Shown here: piece by piece, positions 23,401 through 33,008 of the stretch
Layout: the number at the start of each line of letters is the position of its first letter
Position numbering within the stretch: the stretch's first letter is position 1
Source: Schizochytrium sp. TIO01
Taxonomy: Eukaryota; Protista; Bigyra: Labyrinthulomycetes
DNA length: 64,000 nt
NCBI GenBank assembly: GCA_004764695.1
Contig: SMSO01000025.1
Coordinates: 310,001 to 374,000 of the forward strand
Reading direction: 5' to 3'
The notes under the pieces: model-generated
The model's database searches: none
What the model saw: only the letters and a program-made list of their open reading frames with translations
What the model was told of the DNA's origin: nothing
Position numbers and translations under genes: made by a program

Positions 23401-23669
23401 GTGGAATTAGAGGAAGATTATCACTGAGTGTTCTTGCTAAAACCAGTAACAAAATTCATAAAGAGTTTTAAATTAAAAGCTAAATGTCATGCCGCGTCCC
23501 ACAGTTAAAGCCATATATCTTATAAAATGCATATCAAAAAACTCGCCAACACAATGATTTTGTGAGGAAAAGTAGAATTTCCCCCCAGATTTTCGCCTGT
23601 TCTCTCCTATGTTCTCTCCCCCCCCCGCGAGTTTTTTTTTTGAGCTCACGTCAGCATGGCAGATGAGCC
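17434..23669 (-). mobile_element. Intact TIR DNA transposon, 6236 bp, of the DxxH-type DDE group (Mutator/MULE-related), encoding a transposase-Ulp1 protease fusion
   Basis: Left end GGCTCGTCTGCCATGCTGAC (17434-17453). Right end GTCAGCATGGCAGATGAGCC (23650-23669) is its reverse complement with 1 mismatch. Both ends are flanked by TGATTCAC (17426-17433, 23670-23677). A single 1844-aa transposase-like ORF lies inside. Confidence 0.92.
17599..23133 (-). CDS. Transposase (DDE with DxxH) fused to a C-terminal Ulp1/peptidase C48 SUMO protease
   Basis: N-terminal CPYC...YKCKKC Zn motif. Candidate catalytic residues YIAIDCTF (D ~21617), IWTDTCC (D ~21374), KLDLFHW (DxxH ~21298-21309) and RGTNANEVFH (E ~20753). 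C-terminal WMQGDAMDAW, GSHWQL (H), FYDPL (D) and QKNGVDCG (Q, C) form the Ulp1 triad and oxyanion Gln. The ORF sits between the TIRs. Confidence 0.85.
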   Translation of the reverse strand: MMQFSSRCKLRQATATPGDNDQESLSHEDIRKDLEGLNESANVDEEKRETTITLIQQKFIDSCKDTLDKMDIKTCQSLYDIVPDGTITWLQKPKLPKVKRGQQIAPEYFHQRSVGLWHPAKMYASMNNRMPCPYCNQKAHLGEPLVSVSGDDGFWAPNYREIAGATANWFLVARKYKCKKCNKEFRNTSEDVLRLCPADVRIRFGLTLTPRHGIETEVSQRLSQLWLKSPAWAADAFNEAQVRNHNRLEYFYYASSLGEHTRRFDEAGPNTIPSFFQKQAVNSTNTLKSKIQFQPEKCSAEVLRKETAARELLEFDLKQIKSLGEKKIKILKSALNISTVVDVFHELKNILDTKNGEKIKQLSTARRERDRTRVIEGWKELLETTINQILREKDLLSVEYARMVIQQRNERLARDKINKESAEQAAEQASKQVDQTNQSASCSNEEETQEKSITAPENFGNFDMEYNGYRLSSKFLDELCIDQFKGEARPLLREIASYSARYIAIDCTFRFPERCKLRFQDQDKSFRIYQPYQALLTISNEHNQIIFYCGLANSENEREIREALGRFVKLRQEMHGRDYRPECIWTDTCCGKLNKCLSQIFKGVPIKLDLFHWLKRWEQIMVKSSNESRAPRTAFMTALANAVLQRDHKRVKQVQQEHKSKSNFTKDRLINQAVETRIPQPEVLYKRIMEVFKTHYIMNSKMDLSADLLHRVRERCKPRSGNACVEHFGPYPNGFRHGLFLSKTATGVGLDKYIAGLFEHVHKGCLSDPPGLVLQTKINGKNHLVGNRGTNANEVFHRMLNQAVASATIGIVRADALLTKVVAKYNRSRMIEIKGLPSYLIHQPFSHHLTINSLVNDAFNGKIEHNELPYPDARLPLCVSHDLHMGFSMMPSVGSVLESNHIMRTRATVVPIFFDSTENSTLAHAVEQAIAVIFAFAKALARPEHKRKAISYLQKVLRKLTGGGVPTETDRSVLDEAGIDKKLKDHISLRLIAMNILVNGSLFTKGENGDKPEPQGDIGVQRVLSTCVEILEDCISTDSDSEEFKERIKISCVQLEPPEHEDDPISELVVGSSNADIHLHIGCSVRKNITNLPKAQLASAPRVKKGLFPAEEARPDRTRWIAFCEDPLPNRSGTSLTDDVSWERVLSENSGDDAEQTVECRKKQQQVLSASYTTCGIKGSGWARPRPKDLIGASTPCPFKMKGKPEQQDKVEQDFYLYLLKTKNFNRKAAPILSNSFESFAQLWNRYACPAGDLDGLFLPKLDSVQISHPGDLREYLKPKTAFLLRQYADFLNQRDSISAKNRKLMLASKLEHMTEPLVDVPVTADGALVHPLHLLESIRELDYSTRCNLEANIINEELLSRHPSLERFDTAELRSIMTKNFPLAPQQTFFQFKHLKSKRKSIWRAPENLSKCKYCQSCYAPREGHPTPFGAECKLQTCEATISALDSLPPTDFFGSEKRRAQAIAPKEHTVDVPKVGNVRGVKMQPRQGGPVRTFNSKCTAFWKASAKVFSLLKSSISPKHSVFTSGKHFVHSNNITMNHTFLEFGMCQRLFLDSHGNLPCSESTNPESFGEPLSWMQGDAMDAWCATCCEENRVMKPAERKKCHGTAFVPSTALQFLTSSVDDRHDLFISSVCNAIANATPRGHFQKDSSSTRSIYIPDVIEYVMLPFCTGSHWQLLYFNQRQARVVFYDPLSTLHEPSHVMKVFGDAIRLFGAEDWEIEIRRGNQKNGVDCGYHVSTLMYTLWRGDVAEEVAHQEIQDEHMNEVYRRAFAMDIVRGIWRVYNISYLQVYWAARSDARGSTHLNLILAAIKNPNQAMSSQSQAQAPQISATEFSSQVAVTVS

Positions 23670-23677
23670 TGATTCAC
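23650..23677. repeat. Right 20-bp TIR plus right 8-bp TSD (TGATTCAC)
   Basis: gtcagcatggcagatgagcc|tgattcac. Confidence 0.92.
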
Positions 23678-24922
23678 TATTACTATTAGCAACACTACTA
23701 CTACTACTATGACGACGTATAGGCATGCCTATCTATCATCTATCTATTCAGCGTATATACATGGATCCAGATCTACTTAGTGCCGAGCTAGCATAAACGC
23801 TAATCAAGGCACCGACCCATTGCAGATCTTGGATGGAACATACGAAAGAGAACGGAACGCCCGTTCAGGGCACCCTACCAATGGTATTAAATAACTCTAC
23901 ACTAGCATTGACCCAGCCGTTCTGTTCTCTCTGAAATACCTTGCACCCTGTTCTTGTTCTGTTCTTTCTTTGTTGGGATAGTTAATAATGTATACCTGAC
24001 TGGCCTCTATATGGTCGACGTCCATCAGTTAGTTAGAACTGATTAGTTAGTTAGTCAGCTAGTGACTACCTAGGTACATAGGTACGTGATACTTAGCTAC
24101 CTCCATGATCTTCTTCTTCTTTTTCTTCTTCTTCTTCGGCGAGTGCGTAGAAAGTGGGAGAAAGCTGGAGCAAAGATGCGAAGGAGACTGAAATACTGCA
24201 GACGAAGGCAGTTTGATGCATGATATTCGTTTATTAGTTTGTTGATGATGAATAGCAACTAACTTGACGTAACCGCGTTTTCTTCTATGCTAGTTTTTCT
24301 TTGAATAAATTAATGTAAAAGAATGTTTACTTTATAGATTGTAATAGCAATAATAAACCCAGTAGATACTATCTTTTTAAAAGAAAAGAAAAAGAAGTTT
24401 ACCACTACTTCATTACTCATTTTATAATTTTAATTAAATTAAGATATCTTTTAAGCTCTAAACATTTTTACTTGTTTTATTATTATTTTTATTATTTTTT
24501 AAGTACTATGTCAACGCTAAGTACATACTAGCAGGTAATCTAGACATCAATATTTAGTATGGAAAATATGCGCACAAAGTACTGCCATTCGAATAAATGG
24601 ACAGATGTCATCAAGTTTCCCCCTCTCCTGCATTTCCCCATACATTAGTCACCTGCTTCCAGAGGTCTTGGAGAACTTGTATCTAGAGCTGAAGCGCAAG
24701 AAAGCTATTGTGGAGCTGTAGCAAAGGATAGAAGCAGAGATCTCGCGATGATCCCAGATAGGCGTCTGCTTGCCTGCTGCTTGGACCTCCTGGCCGCCTG
24801 ACTGCCTTCAGGGATGCCTGCCTGTGTGGCCAGCTGGCTGTTGTTTTGGCTGCGTGGCGTGGCATTTCTCCGCGCAGACGGAAGAGACGGATGCGATGGT
24901 GTTTTTCCCGTGGTCTCTTTCA

Positions 24923-24996
24923 TCTTTGTTTCTTTGTTTCTTTGTTTCTTTGTTTCTTTGTTTCTTTGTTTCTTTATTTCTTGTTTCTTTGTTTCT
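24923..24996. repeat. Tandem repeat (TTTCTTTG)n
   Basis: tctttgtttctttgtttctttgtttctttg..., about 8-9 units with minor degeneration. Confidence 0.8.
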
Positions 24997-25356
24997 AGCG
25001 GTTTGCTAAGTACACACGTAATGAGCTGGTAGAGCAATTATCATTGTATTCTATGGGTGTTCTTTTCTTGTCATTGTTCTTGTTAGAGTGAACTTTAAAG
25101 TATTATAATTATCAATAGAACGTTTGTTTTGGAGTTCCTGCGTATGTACGTACTAGATTTCGCGTAATTTCGTGAGGTCTCCGTTTCAGGTTGCGGTTTG
25201 ATTGACTGGCGCAAAAACAGCATTGCAAATACGGCTTTATCCAAAACCGTGACGAGGTGCATGCAGGCTTGAGGGCGAATGTTGCTCACTAATTTCACAC
25301 GATTGGATCCCGTGTTTTCTGGTTCCCAGCAGTAATTTCCAACGAAGGACTACTAC

Positions 25357-25387
25357 ATTTAACATTTAACATTTAACATTTAACATT
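25357..25387. repeat. Tandem repeat (CATTTAA)n
   Basis: acatttaacatttaacatttaacatttaacatt. Confidence 0.7.
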
Positions 25388-27951
25388 AAAATTAAATTTA
25401 AAAGAAAACATAGAAAAGAAGAAAGGAAAGAAGAAAGAAATGAACGAATTCGAAACACCAACAAGATTTGACATTCTGCTGAGACGCTCGATGAATATGA
25501 TAGGCACTCTGTTGATTTCTTTGGTCTTAGCGTATCGATTAAACGAGGCCTCTATGACGGTTTTAATTCTATGCCTTGATTTTGATATGCTTTTTGGTTT
25601 GCTCTGAGTGTTCAGATTGATTCATTTCAATTTCACTCATCACAATCCTCCTGAACACTGACCAGGACAAAATGAAAGAAAAGTCACTCATGAAGTGCAG
25701 ACCATTAAATAAATAAAAGTTGTGGTGACAGATGATAATATCTTCTCGTACTCTGTTGGTCGAGTGGTAAAGAAGGTACATACTTTTGAAGGCGCAAATT
25801 CTCAGACAAACATTCACCTGTTTCTAGCAGGGTTGTCCAGAAAAGTGCAGGAGACATCATCGATAATTCACAAGAGGAACAATATTTATCTCTTTTTTCC
25901 ATAAGTAGAGCAGAACAAATGTCTTTTTAGTGCGTTTTTGCGATTTCTATATAGTCTGTTGTTCTAAAAACAAACTCAGATCAAAGCAAGTCCCTCGTGC
26001 AAATCAAATTGACTAACGTGCTGTACACCTTTGTTTCATAATTGTCAAGGGTTCAACAATCACCTTTCATCGGTGTCTTATGTAGTTCCATTCTCATTTT
26101 TGTGCTATGGTATGCCATGCCATGATTTTTTAAAAATTTGTTTTTAAAGCATACCTTAGGGTACACCAATGCCAAGAACCCTACGGCTATGAATTACGAT
26201 CCGTTCACACCTATTATAGAGGCAAATATAAGAAAGGAACCTGGTGATAGCGCAGGGGGTCAACGTGGATCAACTGCGTATGTTGGGCGGTGTCCGGATG
26301 GGTTCTCACTTTATCATATTGATAAATAAGAGTCTTGGTCAATGACTGCAAAATAAAATCCTCAAGATAAGAATTATTCCTCAGGTTTCTGCAGAGTCTT
26401 CATAGGTAGAATCAATCATGGTCTCTACCATAAGTTGATGCATGGTCAGCTTGCGAATCCAAAACTAGAGAGATAAAATAGCAAAGTATCTGTAAACAAC
26501 CTCGGAGACGCCATGAAAGAACGATGGAGTACCTACCAAGCTTTCACGCGGTATTTCAGTATTAGTTTTAATCAAGGTGCCAGGCGGACTAAAAATGTAA
26601 TATAGTCCAATGCTCATGCTTATATAGTATTCTGAAGAAAAGGAAAAGTAACTTTGAAAGGAAAGAAAATCAACAAAGAACGGACACCGCCAGGACATCG
26701 TATTATTCGTAAGTGTGACGATGTTTAGAAATGTGCATCGCGAGACTAATTCATCTAGATATACAAACTAGGATGTGTGAGGACAAATCACACACACAAA
26801 TATTATTCAATTTTAGGAGTCAAGAGGCCTGCGCAATGGCTTTTTAAGACTCTGAGCAGCCATCGCACATTTATTGAGAAGCTCAAAACTTGAGTCCTCT
26901 CGCACAGAAAATTGATAAAACATTTACAGACCATTTTGCTTCGTTGTGGAGAGTACAGCGGGGATGAGGGGGCCAGTCTCATTTGCTTTGTGCTGCGGTA
27001 CCTTAGACTCTATGAATGTAAAAAAAGATTATGCAATTTAAGCAAGTGCTGCAACGTTGGCTCTCGTGAGCCTGCCCGCACCGCCGCAGTCATTTTAGGC
27101 ACCACAACTGTAAAATTCTGTGTACTGGAGTGCGCAGGACAGTTTCCGTATTCGGCAATATAAGCAAGAGTCGGGAGATGTACCGAAAGACAAGCAACAG
27201 AAATGGATGGAAGTAATTGCGTTGCCATGCTTGGTATGTGTCTTGGACAACCTTCTCGTCTATATTTACATGACATTAGCCGTATGTGGTTTGTCCGAGT
27301 GGGCGGTTTTAAAACGAGAAGGACTATGTAGGAATCTTTTCTGTTTTTTTGGAGCTCTTTAATCGGGATTCATTCCGCAAGTACTGAAAGTGACTTAAGT
27401 CAAATCAGCGTGAAGTTTATGATGCGTCTGTTGAGGAGAACAAACGCCATATGATAATGCAGATATTCTTTTTCATAATGTAAACCTCAGTGGACACACA
27501 TGATAGGATGGTAGGTATAAATAAAGGAGTCGTGTTAAAATAAACATCAAGAAACATGGAATCTTTATAATATTGTGTTACATGGTTTGATTATTTTGCC
27601 ATTCCACACCATCGCCATCGTCATAAAGAATGGGATAGTAAGTATACTATTTAGAACTCCATAAATCAAATGACATGGATTTACAATATGATCTAAATTG
27701 AACATCAGAAAAGGGCTGGCTCACATTCAAGGCGGTCAGCATGGAGTATAAAGTAGAACTTTCACGGGATCCCGGTGTGTAAATTGCAAGCTAGCAGCAG
27801 AAGCTACGTAGCAAACTTGCGAATCAAGCAGCTGTTTTGAACCAGAAGAAAAATGAGCATAGAAATCAGAATAACGTTCATTCCCATGTGCACCTGCTCT
27901 TCCGTATGATTCAAGGTTGCTTGCACTTCGCCCAACGCATTTAATCGCAAC

Positions 27952-28428
27952 TCAAGGATTATTATTAGTGCTTAGCATTGTACAAGGCTCCTCGCCTGTC
28001 GCACTTATCCGGTTCATGTACGACTTACGAACACGAGTTCTGCATGTCCTGAAAAGGTTCAAAGATGTTGCTTCGAACTTTTTGCAAGCAAGATACCGCA
28101 TAGCTTCGTCTTCGTTAAGACAGTCTTGTGAAAACAGAGCATTCTCCTTCTTGTCCATGTTTGAGAACTCGAACAGATCAAGTTCGCTCTCCAGAAACTC
28201 ATACTTTGGTTCGCGAACAATATTCTCTGCACTCCAGCGACGCTGTTCTTCCGTGCCGTGAAGATCATCGTCTTCGAAGCTCAATGGTGCTCGAAGTGAT
28301 CGGCCTGAAATAAGATCAGACACGGTTTGTACCGGTCCTAGCATTACTTCTGAAGCTTCTCCACATACCAGAAGGGTATGCCCTACAATGAAGGCGACTA
28401 CAATTGTGAATCTCTCGACACCTCCCAT
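27952..28428 (-). pseudogene. Signal-peptide-bearing ORF, possibly the 5' part of a decayed secreted or Golgi protein gene
   Basis: MGGVERFTIVVAFIVGHTLLVCGEA resembles a signal peptide. The frame continues with protein-like sequence past the TGA (VAIKCVGRSASNLESYGRAGAHGNERYSDFYAHFFFWFKTAA*). It could instead be a short intact or spliced gene. Confidence 0.4.
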
Positions 28429-31400
28429 GGCAAAGTTCCCTTTCACTGTTCTGCTTGTGTCCGAGGCGTCCAACGCTGTGCGGTCTCACTTTTTGCTCAA
28501 ACAATTTAGTCGTCCTGCGACTGCTATGAGCTGATTCCCTCTAACCGCTCGTCCTGGTTCGAATTAGGTTTTGGATGGAGCTAATATTTTTCACTGGGCA
28601 AATTCCAGGTTAGTACCACTCAGCTACGCAATACTCTAGTCTACTGGTGTCTTATTCTTAAGCAGGTTTTCCATCATAAAAGGCAAGCTTCAGCCTTTTC
28701 CTTCGATAACCATTCTATGACAACATTGGATGCAAAGAATGTGCAGCTCGTGTTCTTCAATGCGAGACATCGTTCATTGCAACTCATAATCTTGGAGTCT
28801 TTCATTGCTTCAGAGGTGACACAAGTTTTCACCAGCCAAAATATTACAGAACCCGCTATCGCTTCATGAGAGATAACTTACTCAGCCGGACAAGCGAGAG
28901 TGAGGACCTCGAATTAATTGTACAACACAGGGACGAAGAGGCATTTTGCACCCCCGTGAGTTGAAGAGTGTAGAACATCAGCTTTGTCTTGGAGATAGTG
29001 AAAATAGTAAGCGTATGTACCTGTACCTACTTTGGCGTTAGTATTCATATATTGAATTACCTTGCCTTGGCAAAAACGAAGAACTACTTACTCGGCCGCT
29101 TGCAGGCGAGGAGAAACGAAGACTCAGCTTGGATACTTCTTGTGCAGCAAACAAACTATTCACCTTGCATGGACAGGGTGTCCGCAAGTACCAGAACAAG
29201 TTGGCATGCAACGATAATTCTCTAAATTGTGCTTTTCTTCTCTATTTCCTCTTTCTGCTTTTAGTCTTTACTCTTTAGTCTTTCTTTCTTTCTATCTTGT
29301 ATTTAGTTAGTTATTTAGTCATTTTTCTGAAGAAGGAAAAAAACGATCAAATTTAATTTTTTTGTTCTTTTTTTTTTATGATCAATCAAGAAAATATTGA
29401 TGAAGCCAAACCAGGAATGAATCTCATTGAGGGAATGGCTCGCCGCAACATAAGGTTCTGTGAAATGCACTTAACGCAGACGGGGCTTCGAAACTACTGA
29501 TCCACGTGTATTTGAATGGAATCCGGCCTTCGATCCAAGAACGATAGCATCATAATTGACCAACTCTTCCAGTAGAACTAGGCCTTCTAAACTTCTAGGC
29601 AACTATTAGATGCTACAGAAAATAATGAAACCAAAAAATGACAATCGTGTACAATGATTGATCACTTATGTAGGTAGCTATTTCAAAACTCGCTTTCACT
29701 TTCTTGCCGTTGCTTATGCTTTTCTTTCTTGGTTTCATGCAGCTGCTGTAGTACGTCGTTCACAAGACTAAATCACAGCGGAAGATGCATGAAGATGTCC
29801 GTCACTGATGTCGGCTTACCATGGGTGGCACAGCTGACGTCAAAGAACACTACCACAAGCACACTTTAAGGAGACGCAGTTTTGAAAGAGGTCATAGATC
29901 GATAAGTTCACTTTTCAGGGTCCGAGGTCATTAGCAAATACATCAACACATCCCAAGGTCAAACTCTGATTGCGGATCCATTGGTCTAGGTTTTCAAGAA
30001 CGGATATCAGTAGATGCAGCAATTCCGACAAAGCTCGCAAGCATGTAAGCAATGTACAAATAAAACAACAAAACCAAACTAGTCTTACTGTCCTTCGAAC
30101 AAGAGCCGAGCAGAGTCCAGGATTATGAAAACGCCTCAGGTTTTTGAGAAGCTGTATTTTTTGTCCCCAAAGCTCGGACAGGAAAAATAAAAACAAAGCA
30201 TCAAAGAAAAATCTAAGGATTCGGGTGTGGTGAAAATTGCCGTAGTTGATTGCTACAGCTCAAACCTGTCATATACCCTTACCGACTCAGTGTGAACCGC
30301 AAAGTTGCGAGCTCTCAACCCGAATATGAAGATAATATATATTTATAACCTTTGAAAACCTGAAACTAGACCATTTCAGAACTCATAACTTGGTTGAACT
30401 CTGTTCTGTATCTTCACCTAGACCCACATTTGTCAAATAGAAATATCACATGTATTGCTGCATATAGTCTCAAGCTGAGCACGATTGAATGCTCGATGGT
30501 GGACAGAATTTGCAAAAGGACTTTTTTTATTTTTTTAAAAATTGTTTTTAAAAATAAATATTTAAAAGACATATATTATAAATAATAATAGTAACAATGA
30601 AAACGAAATGGCAATGTAGATTATATCAAATGGTGAAATGAATCAGCTGGAGTAACCTATTGCCTCCACGAAGCCGTTTATGGAAATTGAAGAGGTCTAG
30701 TAGATTGACGCTGATGCCCAATGTGACCAAACAAGAAAGCAAGTGTTAGTGCTAGTGCTAATCTAACGTTTGATCTCCTCCTCCTCCAAAGATCAAACGT
30801 TGTTATGATTGGCTTCGTTTATTTCATTTATTAGATACCTAGCCTTATTCAGTATCTTTGTCGCCGCCTTAAAATATCGCATAATGCTATCTTGGAGTAG
30901 GACAGCCCCAAGTTATTAATTCACCACTCTTCAGGCCCATTTCCCCTAGTTTGACCTCGAGGGAATATTGTTCTGTCCAGGCAGGTTTTAGGGATCAAAT
31001 CTCCAAGAAGTGAACATCATCGACAGCGATCATATAAACACAGCCGAGCTCATTGTAGCGTTATCTAATATAATCCATTAGAATTTAATTCGATACCTGA
31101 TATGTGGGGGTTCAAACTCATGAGGAAAAACGTCTTCGCTTGAGGAATTGGAGCTAGCTACTCATAGAAAGTATGCGCACGCCTGACAAAGTAGCCTGAC
31201 AAAGTAGAATCAATGTGCGAATCGTGAATAATTTAAACTTAGAAGGCCCCAGGTAGTCTACATCTCACGGCTATCGATATCTTCAGGTTGAAAATATTTA
31301 TTTATTTTCCCATCAATCCTAGCCTGAGGCCTAAGCATACTACTACAGACGACATGATGCACAAAAGGTTGGGATTTTACTTCTAGATGATGAGCACGGA

Positions 31401-33008
31401 ATCGCGCTCAAGGTAAACCCTCGAGATGAGGTAACATTTATACTGCGAGGAAGTAGCAAACACTCATCCTGGCCTGAACCTCTCTTTGGAGGTGCAAATA
31501 TTGGGCTCTACTTGTCGCTGGCCTATAAGATCATCCCCAAGACTCTATAACGGTAATACAAAGTGGGGTTTTATATGCTTTAGATGTAAATGAGGATGCT
31601 GGGAGGTGCACTTTTCACCTGGAATGCCTAAACCTAGCGCGCGGGAGGGGGGGGGGGGGCATCCAGAAATGTGGTAGTTTTGTGCAAAGCTCTGAATAAA
31701 CTATATAAGGCTGCATTTCACTTTCTTCTTCCGAGTAGACAATCTAAAATGGGCTAATGTTGCTATTAGTGCGTGCAAGGGTCTAGAGTGCCTAAACTAT
31801 GGGGCAAGCTCGTGCACACATTTTTTGATCAGTGAATTTTACCGGCCAAGTTATTTTAAAGTTTATCTTCAACCTTTCGAGACATCGAATTTCCTCAGTT
31901 TAACGTGTAACGTTTCTGGTCGTTGAAAACTAAGATGCTTGTTATGGCCAATCGACTATAAGTGAAGACCATGTAATTACAGAAAATCGCAATTAGGTTT
32001 ACAATTCAATCAGCATTTCTGGGCTTGCATTTTATTTGTGCAACCGTGATTCGTCTAATACCAATATGTTTAGCCAGAGTCGCGCAGAAACTTAGGCTAA
32101 TTCCCTTTTAAAATGCGTTTAAAGATAACTTTACGTTTTGCATTTACTTTTCGGCCCTTCCAGTTCTGAGCATGGGCTTTCAATCCTCCACAGCACTGTA
32201 TAAACTTGTGCACCCATTCACTGAAACTCAGGTTTCCTTGTCAAACTCGGCGCCTCAAACAAAGTAAAGCAAAAAGCATTCTCATCAAGCTATTCGTAGA
32301 CTTGGTATCTCCCAGCGTGCTTTATGATCTCAAAATGTGGGATTATCTTGGCTGCATATATGTATGCTCTTCCTCCCCTAGACATTTGAAGAGCCAGGAT
32401 GTAGCCAAGCTACCAATCCTCATTTCAACACCCTTTATTCGCATTCATTTATCATAGCAAGCAGACAATCAATGAAGCAAGCAAACAAGCCTTGATCAAC
32501 AACCCGATAGCTAGACGGTTAGCCTCCCGAATAAAGTCCCGACAAATCTAGCGAGACTATCACCAAAACGCAACTCACGATCTCAAAGTCAAGTCAATAT
32601 CTCGGCTAAAGCGCTGCGTTCCAACCCGCCCCTCCTCAAAAGAACACCGCGCCTTGCCACTCCTATACCTTTATAACCAATCCCTACTACCACCTGTTCT
32701 CTTCTTGAAGTTGCCATCAGTCTTAAAGAGTCTTATAGTTTCGATATATAAGCCACCTCATAATGACGCTTTATGTGATTTGGCGGCGCTGACCACGTTT
32801 AGCCTACTTGTTATGATGCCTTCAACTGAGTTATAGGATCTTTAAAGTGACTTATCAGGAAATAACCAATAGTAGAGTGAAGTCACAAGTAGGATATAGC
32901 GCGGTGGTCACTGTGCGGGCTTTGAGGAGCGAGCTGCTGCTGACTCAGCAGATTGCCAAAGTAGTCCGCGCTCGCGAGCAGCGGAAGCAAGCACCTCTCC
33001 GCGCCGCG

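Noticed and set aside
17434-23669. Assignment of the element to Zisupton/KDZ, hAT or Kolobok
   Set aside because: An 8-bp TSD plus Ulp1 fits Zisupton, but the KDZ-type FH..H..C motif and SWIM/SAP domains are not evident. The termini are not the CA/TA of hAT, and the TSD is not the TTAA of Kolobok. The superfamily is left as MULE-related pending phylogeny.
24683-25037. ORFs containing KKQRNKET / FLCFFVSL repeats
   Set aside because: Translations of the (TTTCTTTG)n microsatellite.
29470-29545. tRNA-like TTCGAA motifs (ggggcttcgaaac, ccttcgatcc)
   Set aside because: No consistent cloverleaf or acceptor stem could be built. tRNAscan-SE would settle it.
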